Assembly: GCA_046290225.1 (NCBI GenBank)
Contig: JBKAGE010000082.1
Location: 96,001-160,000, forward strand
DNA from: Bradymonadia bacterium
GTDB lineage: Bacteria > Myxococcota_A > Bradymonadia > UBA7976 > UBA1532
Length of the DNA: 64,000 bases
Direction: 5' to 3'
Part shown: positions 40,485-52,062 of the stretch, in pieces
Position numbering within the stretch: the first letter of the stretch is position 1
Layout: each line of letters opens with the position of its first letter
Notes under the pieces: generated by a model
The model's input: the letters and a program-made list of their open reading frames with translations, nothing else
Database searches by the model: none
What the model was told of the DNA's origin: nothing
Position numbers and translations under genes: made by a program

Positions 40485-41894
40485 ATGCTGTTGACCATCA
40501 CCAACACCCGCACGCCGGCGACTGATCTCAGCTGGCTGCTCATGAAACACCCGGATCGGGTGCAGCGGTTCGACCTCAGCTTCGGGGCAGGGCACATCTT
40601 CTTTCCCGAGGCCAGCGACACGCGATGCACCGCGGCGCTGATGCTCGAGGTCGACCCTGTGGCCCTGGTGCGCAAACCCAAGGGCTCCGAGGGGTTCTCC
40701 TTGGGGCAGTACACCAACGATCGGCCCTATGTCTGCGCCTCTCACTTGTGCGTGGCGCTGTCGCGGATTCTGGGTACTGCCCTCAACGGCCACTGCCCGC
40801 CTCGCCCCGAGCTCGTGGAGCGCCCGCTCGACCTCGAAGTCACCCTCACCGCCCTGCCCTGCCGAGGGGACGCCGGTCACCGCGGGCCCGAGCTCGTGCG
40901 CCAGCTCTTCGAGCCGCTGGGATACACAGTCGCGCTCGATGGCGAGGTGCCCCTGTGGCATGAGCGCCCTCAATGGGGCTCTGCTCCCGTACGCGACGTC
41001 ATCTTGCGCCACACGATTACGGTGTCGCAGATGCTCCAACACCTCTCGGTGTTGGTGCCCGTGCTCGACGGCGACAAACACTATTACGTGGGCACCGACG
41101 AGGTGGAGAAGCTCGTCGCCCGAGGTGAAGGCTGGCTCGGCGAGCACCCGCACCGAGAGCTGATCAGCGCCCGCTATCTGCGCCATCAGCGCGCCCTTAC
41201 CCGCATGACCCTCGCCCGCCTCGTGGACGATCTCCCCGACGAGACAGCACCCCCGACAAAACCTCTGGAGCCCGCCCGTCTCTCGCTCAACGACATCCGC
41301 CTCGACACCGTGGCCCAAGCCGTCGAGGCCTCAGGGGCCCGTACGGTGGCCGATCTGGGTTGCGGCGAGGGCAAGCTCATCAAGCGACTGCTCAAGCTCA
41401 GCGCGTTGCAACACATCATCGGCATCGACGTCTCCACGCTGGCTCTCGAACGCGCCCATCGGCGCCTGCGCGTGGACCAGCTCTCCGAACGCCAGAAGCG
41501 ACGGCTGCGGCTGGTGCAGGGATCAGCCGTCTATCGCGACCGACGCCTCGACGGGGTGGATGTGATCTGCGCCGTGGAGGTCATCGAGCACATGGATCTC
41601 GAGCGGCTCGACGCCTTCGTCGACGCGGTCTTCGCCGGCGCCCAGCCCCGTCAGGTGCTCATCACCACGCCCAACGCTGAATACAACGTGCGCTACGAAG
41701 CCTTGAGCGCTGGCCACTTCCGACACGACGACCACCGCTTCGAGTGGCGTCGAGGCGAGTTCGAAGCCTGGGCGCAGGCGGTGGCAGAGGCACATGACTA
41801 CACGGTGAAGTTCGAAGCCATAGGCCCGGTGGACGACGCGGTGGGCGCGCCCACCCAGATGGGCGTGTTCAGCCGAAGGGAGGCAGAGGGGTGA
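40485..41894 (+). CDS. hen1: 3'-terminal RNA ribose 2'-O-methyltransferase Hen1
   Basis: MLLTIT...ATDLSWLLMKHP N-terminus; YTNDRPY; KHYYVG; DLGCGEG; EVIEH; TTPN.EYN; FRHDDHRFEW. Confidence 0.95.
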   Translation: MLLTITNTRTPATDLSWLLMKHPDRVQRFDLSFGAGHIFFPEASDTRCTAALMLEVDPVALVRKPKGSEGFSLGQYTNDRPYVCASHLCVALSRILGTALNGHCPPRPELVERPLDLEVTLTALPCRGDAGHRGPELVRQLFEPLGYTVALDGEVPLWHERPQWGSAPVRDVILRHTITVSQMLQHLSVLVPVLDGDKHYYVGTDEVEKLVARGEGWLGEHPHRELISARYLRHQRALTRMTLARLVDDLPDETAPPTKPLEPARLSLNDIRLDTVAQAVEASGARTVADLGCGEGKLIKRLLKLSALQHIIGIDVSTLALERAHRRLRVDQLSERQKRRLRLVQGSAVYRDRRLDGVDVICAVEVIEHMDLERLDAFVDAVFAGAQPRQVLITTPNAEYNVRYEALSAGHFRHDDHRFEWRRGEFEAWAQAVAEAHDYTVKFEAIGPVDDAVGAPTQMGVFSRREAEG

Positions 41895-44476
41895 AGATCG
41901 AGATCCCCGATTTGTCTCTGGTGGTGCTCGTGGGCACCTCAGGGGCCGGAAAGAGCACCTTCGCGCGGCGCCACTTCGCGGGGACCGAGGTGCTGTCGAG
42001 CGACATCTGCCGCGGCTGGGTGAGCGATGATGAGAGCGCGCAGGATGCCACCGGTGACGCCTTCGACGTGCTCAACTACATCGCGGGCAAGCGCCTCGCC
42101 AGAGGTCGACTCACTGTGGTGGATGCCACGAGCGTGCGCCCCGAGGATCGCGCGCGCCTGGTTCAGCTCGCCCGAGATCACCACGTGCTCCCAGTGGCCA
42201 TCGTGCTCGATCTCGATCCGGCGCTGTGCGAGGCCCGCAACGCCAGCCGACCTGATCGAGATTTCGGGGTCCACGTGATCCGTCGACAGCATCGGAGCCT
42301 GCGGCGCTCGATGCGGCGCATCCGCCGCGAGGGCTTCATGCGCACCTATGTGCTCAAGACCGCGGAGGAGATCGAAGCCGCAGAGATCGTGCGTACACCC
42401 TTGTGGTGTGATCGCCGCGATCTGCGGGGCCCCTTCGATCTGATCGGCGACGTGCACGGCTGTCGGGTAGAGCTCGAGAGACTGCTCGCGGAGCTGGGCT
42501 ATGCGCCCGTGTTCGAAGAGAGTGTACGCATCACCCATCGCCACCCCGAGGGGCGCACTGCGGTCTTCGTAGGCGATCTCGTCGACCGTGGGCCCGACAG
42601 CCCTGGAGTCATGGAGATCGTGATGCAGATGGTGGCCGCCGGCGACGCCCTGTGCACCCCGGGCAACCACGAGATCAAGCTGCTCAAGGCCCTGCGGGGC
42701 CGACAGGTGAAGACCACCCATGGCCTGCAGGAGACCCTCGACCAGATCGCCGCCTTGCCCGAAGAGGCGCGGGGCACTTTCACAGAGCAGGCGATGCGCT
42801 TCATCGACGGGCTGGTGAGTCACCTCGTCCTCGACGATGGGCGCCTGGTGGTGGCCCACGCCGGTCTACCAGCACACATGCACCGTCGGGCCTCTGGTCA
42901 GGTCCGGCAGTTCGCTCTCTATGGTGAGACCACGGGCGAGACCGATGCGTTCGGAATGCCGGTCCGGTACGACTGGGCTGCGACCTATCGCGGACAGCCG
43001 ATGGTGGTCTATGGCCACACCCCGACCCCGACGGCGGAGTGGACAAACCGCACGATTTGTCTCGATACGGGCTGCGTCTTTGGGGGCCACCTCACCGCCT
43101 TGCGATATCCCGAGCGCACATTGGTACAGGTACCCGCCGAGGCCGAGCACTACGCACCGGTGAAGCCGCTGGCGCCGCCTCCGGAGCCGCCCCGGGGGCA
43201 CATCGCCCTCACAGATGTCTTCGGCGAAGCCCTCGAAGGGCGGCTGACGCTGCGCACGCGATACGGCATCGGGGTGAACGTACAGCCTGCCTACAGCGCC
43301 GCAGCCCTTGAGGCCACCAGCAAGTTCACCATCGATCCTCGGTGGCTGATCTATATCCCGCCGACGATGTCGCCCTCGAAGACCGCACCACCGGGCGAGC
43401 CTCTTGAGCGCCCGGAGGAAGTCTTCGCGTATTTTCGCAGTCAGGGTGTGGGCCAGATCATCGCCGAAGAGAAGCACATGGGATCTCGGGCGGTGGTGGT
43501 GCTCTGCCGCACCCCCGAGGCCGCGCTGCGCCGTTTCCGGATCCAGCGGTCGGGCGAAGGGCCGTGTGGGGTGATCTACACCCGCACTGGGCGCCGTTTC
43601 TTCAAAGACGCGAGCCTCGAGTTGGGGCTACTTCGACGCCTCGACGCTGCCATGAAAGCCTCTGGCCTGTGGTCCGAACTGGAGAGCGACTGGGTGTGCC
43701 TCGACTGCGAGCTGATGCCATGGTCCTTCAAGGCCATCAGCTTGCTCCAGGGGCAATATGCCCCCGTGGGGGTGGCCGCTCGCCGAGGCCTCTCTGCAGC
43801 CGTCGACGCCATGGGGCACACCGCGGCGCGCCTGGGCGCTGAGGGCGAAGGGGCCACGGCCAGGGCCATGCTCACGGCCCTCGAGAGCCGACTGGGCAAA
43901 ATCACTCGATATGAGGCCGCGTGGCGCCACTACTGCTGGCAAGCCGAGCACGTCGAAGATCTGCGCATCGCGCCGTTCCACATCATGGCCTCGGAGGGTC
44001 GGGTGCACGTCGATCGTGATCACACATGGCACATGCGCCACCTCGGCGCCCTGGCAGATCACGAGTCGACGTGTGTCGCCACCCCCTGGCAGGTGATCGA
44101 CCTCGCCGATGACGCCGCATGTACCGAAGCCGTGGCACGTTGGTGGACCCACGTGAACGCTGGAGGCGAGGGTATGGTGTTCAAACCCCTGAGCTGGCTG
44201 GTCCAGGGCCCCAAGGGCATGGTGCAGCCCGCCATCAAGTGCCGGGGGCCGGAATACCTGCGCATCATCTATGGCCCTGAGTACGACACGCCAGCCCACC
44301 TCGAGCGCTTGCGCAAACGGGGCCTCTCGGCGAAGCGCAACCTCGCCCGACGAGAGTTCGCTCTGGGCCTTGAAGGGCTGCACCGGTTGGTAGAGGATGA
44401 GCCCCTACATCAGGTGCATCGCTGCGTCTTCGCCACCCTCGCCCTCGAAAGCGAGCCCGTCGATCCCCGGCTCTAG
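41891..44476 (+). CDS. pnkp: Bacterial polynucleotide kinase-phosphatase-ligase Pnkp
   Basis: Kinase GTSGAGKST; metallophosphoesterase GDVHG / GDLVDRG / GNHE / YGHTP; ligase EEKHMGSR, EGMVFKP, KCRG; ESEPVDPRL end; GTGA overlap with hen1. Confidence 0.95.
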   Translation: MKIEIPDLSLVVLVGTSGAGKSTFARRHFAGTEVLSSDICRGWVSDDESAQDATGDAFDVLNYIAGKRLARGRLTVVDATSVRPEDRARLVQLARDHHVLPVAIVLDLDPALCEARNASRPDRDFGVHVIRRQHRSLRRSMRRIRREGFMRTYVLKTAEEIEAAEIVRTPLWCDRRDLRGPFDLIGDVHGCRVELERLLAELGYAPVFEESVRITHRHPEGRTAVFVGDLVDRGPDSPGVMEIVMQMVAAGDALCTPGNHEIKLLKALRGRQVKTTHGLQETLDQIAALPEEARGTFTEQAMRFIDGLVSHLVLDDGRLVVAHAGLPAHMHRRASGQVRQFALYGETTGETDAFGMPVRYDWAATYRGQPMVVYGHTPTPTAEWTNRTICLDTGCVFGGHLTALRYPERTLVQVPAEAEHYAPVKPLAPPPEPPRGHIALTDVFGEALEGRLTLRTRYGIGVNVQPAYSAAALEATSKFTIDPRWLIYIPPTMSPSKTAPPGEPLERPEEVFAYFRSQGVGQIIAEEKHMGSRAVVVLCRTPEAALRRFRIQRSGEGPCGVIYTRTGRRFFKDASLELGLLRRLDAAMKASGLWSELESDWVCLDCELMPWSFKAISLLQGQYAPVGVAARRGLSAAVDAMGHTAARLGAEGEGATARAMLTALESRLGKITRYEAAWRHYCWQAEHVEDLRIAPFHIMASEGRVHVDRDHTWHMRHLGALADHESTCVATPWQVIDLADDAACTEAVARWWTHVNAGGEGMVFKPLSWLVQGPKGMVQPAIKCRGPEYLRIIYGPEYDTPAHLERLRKRGLSAKRNLARREFALGLEGLHRLVEDEPLHQVHRCVFATLALESEPVDPRL

Positions 44477-44515
44477 AGCAGCACAGAGGCGCCTGCCAGA
44501 TCAGGAGCATCCTCA

Positions 44516-45094
44516 GTGCCCATCGGTCACGACGGCAAGACCGTCTACTTCTGCGTCGATCTCGAAGCGAGCGGCCCCGTGCCCGGCATCTACAACATGG
44601 TCTCCGTAGGGGCCGTAGAGGTGCGATGGGATGGCGAGCGCCACCAGCGAGGCGAGACCGTCTACATCGAGATCGTACCCGAGTTCGACGGGTTCAAGGC
44701 CGAAGCCATGGCCATCCACGGCCTCACCGTCGAGCACCTGAAGGCCAACGGCGTCTCCGCCAAAGAAGCCATGATCCAGCTCGACGCCTGGGTGAAGGCC
44801 CGCCTGCAGCCCGGTGAGCGCCCTCTCTTCGTAGGACACAACGCCCCCTTCGACTGGATGTTCGTCTCCTGGTACTTCGCCTGGGCGGGTATGGAGAACC
44901 CCTTCGGGTACAACGCCCTGGACACCAAGGCCCTCACCATGGGCAAGCACGGGCTGTTCTGGAAGCAGAGCAACAAGGAGAAGATCCTCGAGCTCTACCC
45001 ACACCTCGAACCGCCGGCCCCCGAGAAGGTGCACGACGCCCTTGCCGACGCCGAGTTCCAGGCCGACATCCTCATCGCACTGCTCGATCGGTAA
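44516..45094 (+). CDS. DEDDh 3'-5' exonuclease
   Basis: VDLEASG (Exo I), HNAPFD (Exo II), HDALADA (Exo III); AGGAG RBS. Confidence 0.88.
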   Translation: MPIGHDGKTVYFCVDLEASGPVPGIYNMVSVGAVEVRWDGERHQRGETVYIEIVPEFDGFKAEAMAIHGLTVEHLKANGVSAKEAMIQLDAWVKARLQPGERPLFVGHNAPFDWMFVSWYFAWAGMENPFGYNALDTKALTMGKHGLFWKQSNKEKILELYPHLEPPAPEKVHDALADAEFQADILIALLDR

Positions 45095-45097
45095 CGT

Positions 45098-47962
45098 ATG
45101 GACCCCCACGACCCGTTTCTCTGTGACGCCGCCGATCTCCGGGCCCTCGCCTCGGACGTCATCGTCGAGCGAGGCATCGACTACCAGCGCCAGGGGCGGG
45201 TGAAGCACTTCGAGCGGGCGGGTGATCAGCTCGTCGCCGAGGTGCAGGGCAGCGACGAGGCGCCCTACACCCTCACCTTGCGCGCAGCCGTCGATGGTGG
45301 CTTGAGCCTTGAGTGCAGCTGCCCCTTCGACTGGGAGCCCGTGTGCAAGCACGGCATCGCCGCGCTGCTCGCCTACACCGAGCGCCACCTGGTCGGTGAT
45401 CACGAGCTGAAGAAGGCCGAGGCCCGGGCGCTGTACGATCGAAAGCGCCGCGGGGCCCACGAGGTGGAGGTGGAGCACATCTCCGGAGAGCCCACCTTCG
45501 GCACGTGGCACGCGAAAACCGAGAAGAGCAAGCGCACCTGGACGGTGCAGATTCGATCAGGCTCCGAGCGGGTCAATCTCTGCGACTGCCCCGACTTCGC
45601 CATGAACCGTCTGGGCACCTGCAAACACATCGAGGCTGTGCTCCATGCCCTGGGGCCCACGGCGCGAAAAGGCTGGGGCGACTCGCGGCAAGCGAACGCC
45701 ACGGCCATCGTCTACCTCGCCTGGGATGTAGACGCAGCCCCCCGCATCCGGGTGAAGCGCCCCGCCCGAGACCTGCTGCTCGCCGACTTGCACGGCATGG
45801 TCGACGCCCACTTCGACGCCGAGGGCTTCTTGAAGCTGGCGCCTCCTGATGGCTTCGAGGCCTTCGTCTCCGCCGCCGAAGAGGCCATGGCCGGCGACAC
45901 TCCGAGCGTCATCGTCGGTGAAGATGCCTGGGGTTATGTCCGGCGGCAGCGCGAGGCTGTCACTCGGGCCGCCACCCAGCGCCAAACCCGACAGCAGATC
46001 CTCGACGCTGAGGGGCACATCGAAGGCCTCGACGCCAAGCTCTACCCCTATCAGGTCGAAGGCGTGGCTTTTCTCGCCGCCCAGGGCCGGGCGCTGCTCG
46101 CCGACGACATGGGCCTCGGCAAGACCGTGCAGTCCATCGCCGCCACCCTGCATCTGCGGGCCCACCAGGGCGTACAGCGCACCCTCGTGGTCTGCCCCGC
46201 CTCGCTCAAGCATCAGTGGGCCCGGGAGATCGAGCGCTTCACCGATCTCGAGACCACAGTCATCGAAGGCGGCGCCCGGGCCCGCAAGGCGCTCTATCGA
46301 CGACAGAGTCCCTTCACCCTCGTGAACTACGAAGTGGTGCTGCGCGATCTCGACACCGTGGCCAGCCTGCTCAGCCCTGACTTGCTGATCCTCGACGAAG
46401 CCCAACGCATCAAGAACTGGCGCACTCGGACCGCCCAGGCCATTAAGTCCATCGAGAGCCGGTTTGCCTTCGTGCTCACCGGCACGCCTCTCGAGAACCG
46501 CCTCGAAGATCTCTACAGCTTGATGCAGGTGGTGAACCCCCACGTGCTGGGGCCCCTGTGGCGCTTCATGGTGGAGTACCACATCACCGACGATCGCGAT
46601 CGGCTGCTGGGATACCGCAACTTGTCTCACCTGAGGCAGCGGCTCGGCGGCGCCATGCTGAGGCGAGATCGACGCACCGTGCGCGATCAGCTGCCTGATC
46701 GCATCGAGCAGCGCCTCGACCTGCCCATGACCGCGATCCAGCGCAAGTTGCACGACGAAGCGGTACAGAGCGCCACCCAGCTCGCGGCGATGTCCCAACA
46801 CCGTCCGCTGACACCGAGCGAGTCTCGAGGGCTGATGAAGGCCCTGCAGATGGCCCGTATGGCCAGCAACGCAGCCGGCCTCGTGGACGGCGTCACCGAG
46901 GGCTCGCCCAAGCTCGACGAGCTCGGTCGGTTGCTCGAGTCGCTGTGTGTCGACAATCAGAACAAGGTGGTCATCTTCAGCGAATGGACCCGCATGACCG
47001 AGATGGCCCAGGCGGTGGTTGAGAAGCTCGGCTTGGAGAGCGTGCGTCTGCATGGCGGAGTGCCCACGGCGAAACGCGGCGCCCTCATCGATCGGTTCCA
47101 CAACGATCCCGAGGTGAAGGTCTTCATCAGCACCGACGCCGGTGGGGTGGGCCTCAACCTGCAAGAGGCCAGCGCCCTCATCAACCTCGACCTGCCCTGG
47201 AACCCCGCCCGCCTCGAGCAGCGCATCGCCCGGGTGCACCGCCTGGGTCAGGATGTCTCCGTACAGATCATCAAGCTCGTGAGCGCAGGCAGCTACGAAG
47301 AGCGCGTGGCGCGACTCATCGCCGACAAACGCCAGCTCTTCGACAGCGTGGTCAATGAAGACGCCACCGCCGATGTGGTGGCGCTGTCGCAGCGCATGCT
47401 CGACGTGGTGGTGGAGCTCTTCGTCGACCCCGAAGATCGCATCCTGCGCAAGGGGGGGGTCACCACACACCCACAGCTGCCGCTCTCCGGCCGGGCCCCC
47501 TCAGGCGCCGAGATCGATGCAACCGATCCGCCGCGCCCGTCGACACCGCCTCAGGGCGAATTGCCTCTCTCCGAAGGCGCACCATCAACCCCCACGAGCC
47601 CAGAAGAAAAGGCATCCACCGCAGCCCTCGCCGGGCCTGCGCGAGAGACGCGCATCGAGCGGCCTTCCCTCTCCGCAGCAGCCCAGGTGGAAGCCTTGGT
47701 GGAGATGGCCCGTGTGGCCTTCGACGAGCGGCTGTCTGCGGTGCTCTCCAGCACTGAGCACGGCGCACCTGCAGGGGTGATCTTCGTCGTCGACGCCCTC
47801 GACGCCTGGGCCCGGAAACTCAGCCACGCCATCACCCGTGATCCCGTCATCACCTTGCCCGTTGCCCTCATCGACACCGAGGCACACGACGCCCTGAGCC
47901 AGTTTCCTGACGGTGGCCCATTGTCCAATACACGCCGTGTATGGGGGCGAATAGAGGCCTGA
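45098..47962 (+). CDS. SNF2-family helicase with two N-terminal SWIM zinc fingers
   Basis: [13 protein letters not shown] and [45 protein letters not shown] and [11 protein letters not shown]. Confidence 0.92.
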   Translation: MDPHDPFLCDAADLRALASDVIVERGIDYQRQGRVKHFERAGDQLVAEVQGSDEAPYTLTLRAAVDGGLSLECSCPFDWEPVCKHGIAALLAYTERHLVGDHELKKAEARALYDRKRRGAHEVEVEHISGEPTFGTWHAKTEKSKRTWTVQIRSGSERVNLCDCPDFAMNRLGTCKHIEAVLHALGPTARKGWGDSRQANATAIVYLAWDVDAAPRIRVKRPARDLLLADLHGMVDAHFDAEGFLKLAPPDGFEAFVSAAEEAMAGDTPSVIVGEDAWGYVRRQREAVTRAATQRQTRQQILDAEGHIEGLDAKLYPYQVEGVAFLAAQGRALLADDMGLGKTVQSIAATLHLRAHQGVQRTLVVCPASLKHQWAREIERFTDLETTVIEGGARARKALYRRQSPFTLVNYEVVLRDLDTVASLLSPDLLILDEAQRIKNWRTRTAQAIKSIESRFAFVLTGTPLENRLEDLYSLMQVVNPHVLGPLWRFMVEYHITDDRDRLLGYRNLSHLRQRLGGAMLRRDRRTVRDQLPDRIEQRLDLPMTAIQRKLHDEAVQSATQLAAMSQHRPLTPSESRGLMKALQMARMASNAAGLVDGVTEGSPKLDELGRLLESLCVDNQNKVVIFSEWTRMTEMAQAVVEKLGLESVRLHGGVPTAKRGALIDRFHNDPEVKVFISTDAGGVGLNLQEASALINLDLPWNPARLEQRIARVHRLGQDVSVQIIKLVSAGSYEERVARLIADKRQLFDSVVNEDATADVVALSQRMLDVVVELFVDPEDRILRKGGVTTHPQLPLSGRAPSGAEIDATDPPRPSTPPQGELPLSEGAPSTPTSPEEKASTAALAGPARETRIERPSLSAAAQVEALVEMARVAFDERLSAVLSSTEHGAPAGVIFVVDALDAWARKLSHAITRDPVITLPVALIDTEAHDALSQFPDGGPLSNTRRVWGRIEA

Positions 47963-48069
47963 CTGGCCCATTTCGGTTCAAGTCTCGGCAGATACGTGCC
48001 GTGAATCCCACTGTGGCGGCGGCCCCGAGCTTATCGGGCGAACAGGCAAACATAGTGTGGGATCAGAAT

Positions 48070-50430
48070 ATGGCCTTTGGAAGTCTCTCATTCTCACAGC
48101 GCATCTACCTTGCGGTGGCGCTGCCCATCGCGGGGCTGCTCATGCTCACCGTGGGCGTGCTCATGGAGGTGCAGCATCACACCCACGGTGTGGAGTGTCT
48201 GACCAAGCTCACCAAGCTCACGCCCAAGATCAGCGGCGTGATCCACGAGCTGCAGCGCGAGCGTGGTACTTCTGCAGGGTTCCTGGGCAGCAAGGGCAAG
48301 GGTGACTTTGCCCAGCGCCTCGTCGATCGCCGTAAAGTGAGCGATGTGGCCATCCAAGCATTCAGGGAGACCATCAAAGACGGTGGCAGCCTCGCTGAAG
48401 ATCCGGCCTTTGCAGCAAAACTCGAGGCTTTCAAGAAGAGCCTCGACGCCCTCGAAGGCATGCGGGAGAAGGTGAGCGCGCAGGCCGTGCCGCTCAAGGC
48501 CATGGCCAAGATGTACACCGGCACCATCGCAGAGGGCCTGCAGATCATCGGCATGATGTCGAGCATGGCCCCCGAGGCCAGCATCAGCCGCAACATCGCC
48601 GCCTTGCAGGCCTACCTCGAGTACAAAGAGCGGGCCGGCCTCGAGCGGGCCATGGGGGCCAATGGCTTCGGCAAGGGCACCTTCACTCGGCCTGTCTATG
48701 CGAAGTTCAACCGCCTCGTGGCCCAACAAGACGGCTTCCTGCACACCTTCCAGAGCCTCGCCACTGAGGCGCAGTGGCAGATGCATGTATCTACGGTCAC
48801 AGGTGGGCCGGTGGACGCCGTGGCCGAGCTGCGCAAGAAAGTGGTGGCGAGCCCCTTCGAGGGCGACGACATCCTCAAGGGCACCACGGGTCCTCAATGG
48901 TTCGACACCATCACTGGCAAGATCGATCTCATGTGGAAGGTGGAGCAAGCCCTCAACGTCAGCATCAGGGACAGCGCTCAGGCTCTCTACGCAGAGGCGC
49001 AGAGCACTTTCTGGATGGTGCTCGGGATCTGTGGTGTGTTGCTGGTCCTCTCGGTCTGGATGGGCGTAGTCATCGCCCGGAGCGCCTCACGGGCCTTCAC
49101 CAACCTGAGAGACAGCATGACCCGCATCGTCGAGGGTGATCTCGACGCGGAGATCCCCGGTCTGGACCGACAGGACGAGATGGGGGCAGTGGCCCGGGCG
49201 GTGTCGATCTTCAAGCTCAACGCCAGCAGACTCAACGCCTTACATGCCGCTCAGCAATCAGCGGAGCTTGAAGCAGCGACCCAGCGCAAAGAGGTCATCC
49301 AACAGATGGCCAACCAAATCGAGAACAAGACGGCGAGCACCGTGGAGCGCGTCCGCAGCGAAGCCAACTCCATGGAGCAGGTAGCACATCAGCTGCGCAG
49401 CACCGCAGAGCAGGTGGCTGCACAGTCGAATCAGGCCGCTCAAGATGCGGAAGAGGCCTCGACGACCGCGAACAGCGTCGCAGTGGCCGCCGGCAGCCTG
49501 GCCCAGGCCATCGAAGGCATCGGCGCTCAGGTCCGCAGCTCCACGGCCATCACCGAAGAGGCCGTGCTCCTCACCGACGAGACCCTCTCGGTGGTGCACG
49601 GTTTGTCCACGAGCGCCCAGGAGATCGGCGCCGTCGTGGGCCTAATCTCGGAGATCGCGGAGCAGACGAACCTGCTGGCTCTGAACGCCACCATCGAGGC
49701 CGCCCGGGCCGGTGATGCTGGTAAGGGCTTTGCCGTCGTCGCCGACGAGGTGAAGAATCTCGCCAACCAGACCGCCAGCTCGACTGAGCAAATTCACCGC
49801 AAGGTAGAAGCCATTCAGCAGACCTCGCGGCAGGCCAGCGACGCCATCACCAAGGTAGCCTCTACCCTCAACCAGATGGGTGACATGGCCCGCACAGTCT
49901 CCGAGGCCGTGGCCCAGCAAAACGCCGGCACTCTGGAGATCGTGGGGCAGATTCAGGAGAGCGCCCGGACCTCGTCTCGGGTGAACCAGCACATGGCCAG
50001 CCTCAAGTCACAGGCCCAGGACACCCGGCGCTTTGCGGATCAGGTGACCCAGTCGGCTGGGGGCCTCAACCACGATGTGGAAGATATGAGCCATCAGCTC
50101 ACCAACATCGTGCGCACCTCTACAGAGGACGCCGATCGTCGGATGGAGCAGCGCCTGCAGTGCAACCTGCCGGTGACCATCTACACCTCGAACGGGCCAC
50201 AACACGGCATCGCTCGGGACATCTCCACTGGGGGCACCATGGTGGAAGGGGTCGAGGCTCAGGCAGGTGAGTCCATCACCATCGACATGCAGGCCCTCGG
50301 GCTTCAGCGGGCTCCAGGTCAGGTGGTCAACGTGGAGCATGGGCACATCCACATCGCCTGGAACGAGCGCCTCAGCAGCACCGACATCACCCGGGCCATC
50401 GCCGCCACGAGCAACCGCCCTCACGCCTGA
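48070..50430 (+). CDS. Methyl-accepting chemotaxis protein (NIT-like sensor, HAMP, MCP, C-terminal PilZ-like domain)
   Basis: IHELQRERG and KERAGLERA (NIT-type); [37 protein letters not shown]...DISTGG PilZ motifs. Confidence 0.9.
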   Translation: MAFGSLSFSQRIYLAVALPIAGLLMLTVGVLMEVQHHTHGVECLTKLTKLTPKISGVIHELQRERGTSAGFLGSKGKGDFAQRLVDRRKVSDVAIQAFRETIKDGGSLAEDPAFAAKLEAFKKSLDALEGMREKVSAQAVPLKAMAKMYTGTIAEGLQIIGMMSSMAPEASISRNIAALQAYLEYKERAGLERAMGANGFGKGTFTRPVYAKFNRLVAQQDGFLHTFQSLATEAQWQMHVSTVTGGPVDAVAELRKKVVASPFEGDDILKGTTGPQWFDTITGKIDLMWKVEQALNVSIRDSAQALYAEAQSTFWMVLGICGVLLVLSVWMGVVIARSASRAFTNLRDSMTRIVEGDLDAEIPGLDRQDEMGAVARAVSIFKLNASRLNALHAAQQSAELEAATQRKEVIQQMANQIENKTASTVERVRSEANSMEQVAHQLRSTAEQVAAQSNQAAQDAEEASTTANSVAVAAGSLAQAIEGIGAQVRSSTAITEEAVLLTDETLSVVHGLSTSAQEIGAVVGLISEIAEQTNLLALNATIEAARAGDAGKGFAVVADEVKNLANQTASSTEQIHRKVEAIQQTSRQASDAITKVASTLNQMGDMARTVSEAVAQQNAGTLEIVGQIQESARTSSRVNQHMASLKSQAQDTRRFADQVTQSAGGLNHDVEDMSHQLTNIVRTSTEDADRRMEQRLQCNLPVTIYTSNGPQHGIARDISTGGTMVEGVEAQAGESITIDMQALGLQRAPGQVVNVEHGHIHIAWNERLSSTDITRAIAATSNRPHA

Positions 50431-50437
50431 TACAGGG

Positions 50438-51202
50438 CTACTCCGTCGCCGCACGCCAGTCTGGCCACGCGGGCTCGGGGAGCACATCTCGCAGCAACGC
50501 GCTCACGTCGTACTCTGCAGGGCGCCACACCTCTCCATTGAACTCAGGTGCATCCAGCCCCAGCCGCTCACAGGCCAGCCGATAATACTCACCCCGAGTG
50601 GGGCACGGCGGCGTCACCGCCACATAGACCGGCGCTGGCGAAGCATGTTGCAACGCATTGAAGAGCACGGTGGCCGCGTCATCGTAATGGATCAACGCCA
50701 GAGTCTTGCCTTCGGGCCCCACAGGTGGATGCCCACGACGGGCCAGCGGCCCTTGTGGCCCCTTCCCCGCTCGGTACAGCCCCCCGAACCGCACCGCGAC
50801 CCCCCGCGCACCCACCCAATGCCTCAATGCGGCTTCCGCTGCAGCGGCGGTCTGAGCACGCTCGGTGGATCCGGGTGGGGTCTCTGGCGTCACAGGCCCC
50901 TGAGGGCCACCGTAGTACCCCGTCGTCGACACCATCACCACCCGGCTCGGCGCCTCGACCTCTGCAAGAGACTCCACCGCAGCTCGCTGAGCAGGAGAGC
51001 CTGGCAACGAGACGAGCAGAACATCGTCACTGCGCAGATGATCTGCGGGTGAGCCGAGATGGGGCTCGGCGCCCAGTGCCTTCAGGGCATCATGGCGTCG
51101 CTCGGTGTGGGTGAACGCCAGCACCTCACCGCCTTCGGCGCGCCAACGCTCGATCACACGACCGCCGAGCTCACCGGCCCCCCAACTCACCAATCGCTTC
51201 AT
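50438..51202 (-). CDS. NAD(P)-dependent epimerase/SDR-like protein
   Basis: WGAGELG; STTGYYG; RFGGLY; IHYDDAA. Confidence 0.7.
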   Translation of the reverse strand: MKRLVSWGAGELGGRVIERWRAEGGEVLAFTHTERRHDALKALGAEPHLGSPADHLRSDDVLLVSLPGSPAQRAAVESLAEVEAPSRVVMVSTTGYYGGPQGPVTPETPPGSTERAQTAAAAEAALRHWVGARGVAVRFGGLYRAGKGPQGPLARRGHPPVGPEGKTLALIHYDDAATVLFNALQHASPAPVYVAVTPPCPTRGEYYRLACERLGLDAPEFNGEVWRPAEYDVSALLRDVLPEPAWPDWRAATE

Positions 51203-51286
51203 GTTGTCGTACCTCTTCGGTTTACGCACACAACGATGCGTCAGAGGCGGGGCAGGTCACACTGTACGGGCTCGAAGCCCCAATGC

Positions 51287-52039
51287 TCAGTCGAAGATGC
51301 GGGCCAGAGCGCTGACGTCGATGCCTTCGGTGCTGTGCTTGATCCGGGCATAGGCCACTGCAGCCATGACCGAGCGCAGAGCCGCAGTGACCACGATGAA
51401 GGCGAGCAAATAGATCGTGATCTCCAGGGCGCTGCCAGCGGTCATGATCAAACTCTCGCTGATGGAGTCGAACACCTTCTGGATGATGCCGACGACAAAG
51501 GCGCCCGCGAAGAGGATCCACTTGTAGCCCTCGGTCATCTGCACGCTCTTGCGCATGGCTTCGATGGGCCCACCACTCTCAACGGTGGCGATGGGGACGG
51601 CGACGAAGAACATCATTGCAGCGATGATCCCAGGGATCACCAGCGCGAGGGTGCCCAGCGCCACCAGGACACCTGTCAGCAAAGCCACCAGAAAGATACT
51701 GGGCAGACGCGTCAGCCCTTTGGAGACCACCCGTCCGACGGAGACTTTCCGCCCTGCCAGCTTCTCCACCACCCCAAACGTGACCGCCCCCTGTGCCATG
51801 AAGCTCGACACCATGGTGATCAGGATGATGGCAGCCGTAATGCCCAAGGGTGATGTGAAGACCCCGAGATCAATCACCAGATAAACACCCACGAAAGCGG
51901 GCAGAAAAAACAACAACACCACAGGGATGATCCAATGGATCCCTGCGAAGAACATGGTGAATGTCGTGCCGAGGAGTTCGCCTGCAGTGAGTGGCGGGAC
52001 GATGTCGTTCTTGGAAGAGAGATTTGCTCCGTAGTCCAC
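51287..52039 (-). CDS. Multi-pass membrane protein (YciC/GDPD membrane-domain-like)
   Basis: 5-6 hydrophobic helices; 'LVIPGII...VE..GPIEAMRKSVQMTEG' pattern. Start uncertain. Confidence 0.7.
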   Translation of the reverse strand: MDYGANLSSKNDIVPPLTAGELLGTTFTMFFAGIHWIIPVVLLFFLPAFVGVYLVIDLGVFTSPLGITAAIILITMVSSFMAQGAVTFGVVEKLAGRKVSVGRVVSKGLTRLPSIFLVALLTGVLVALGTLALVIPGIIAAMMFFVAVPIATVESGGPIEAMRKSVQMTEGYKWILFAGAFVVGIIQKVFDSISESLIMTAGSALEITIYLLAFIVVTAALRSVMAAVAYARIKHSTEGIDVSALARIFD

Positions 52040-52062
52040 GAGACCCCCTGATGTCAGTGTGT

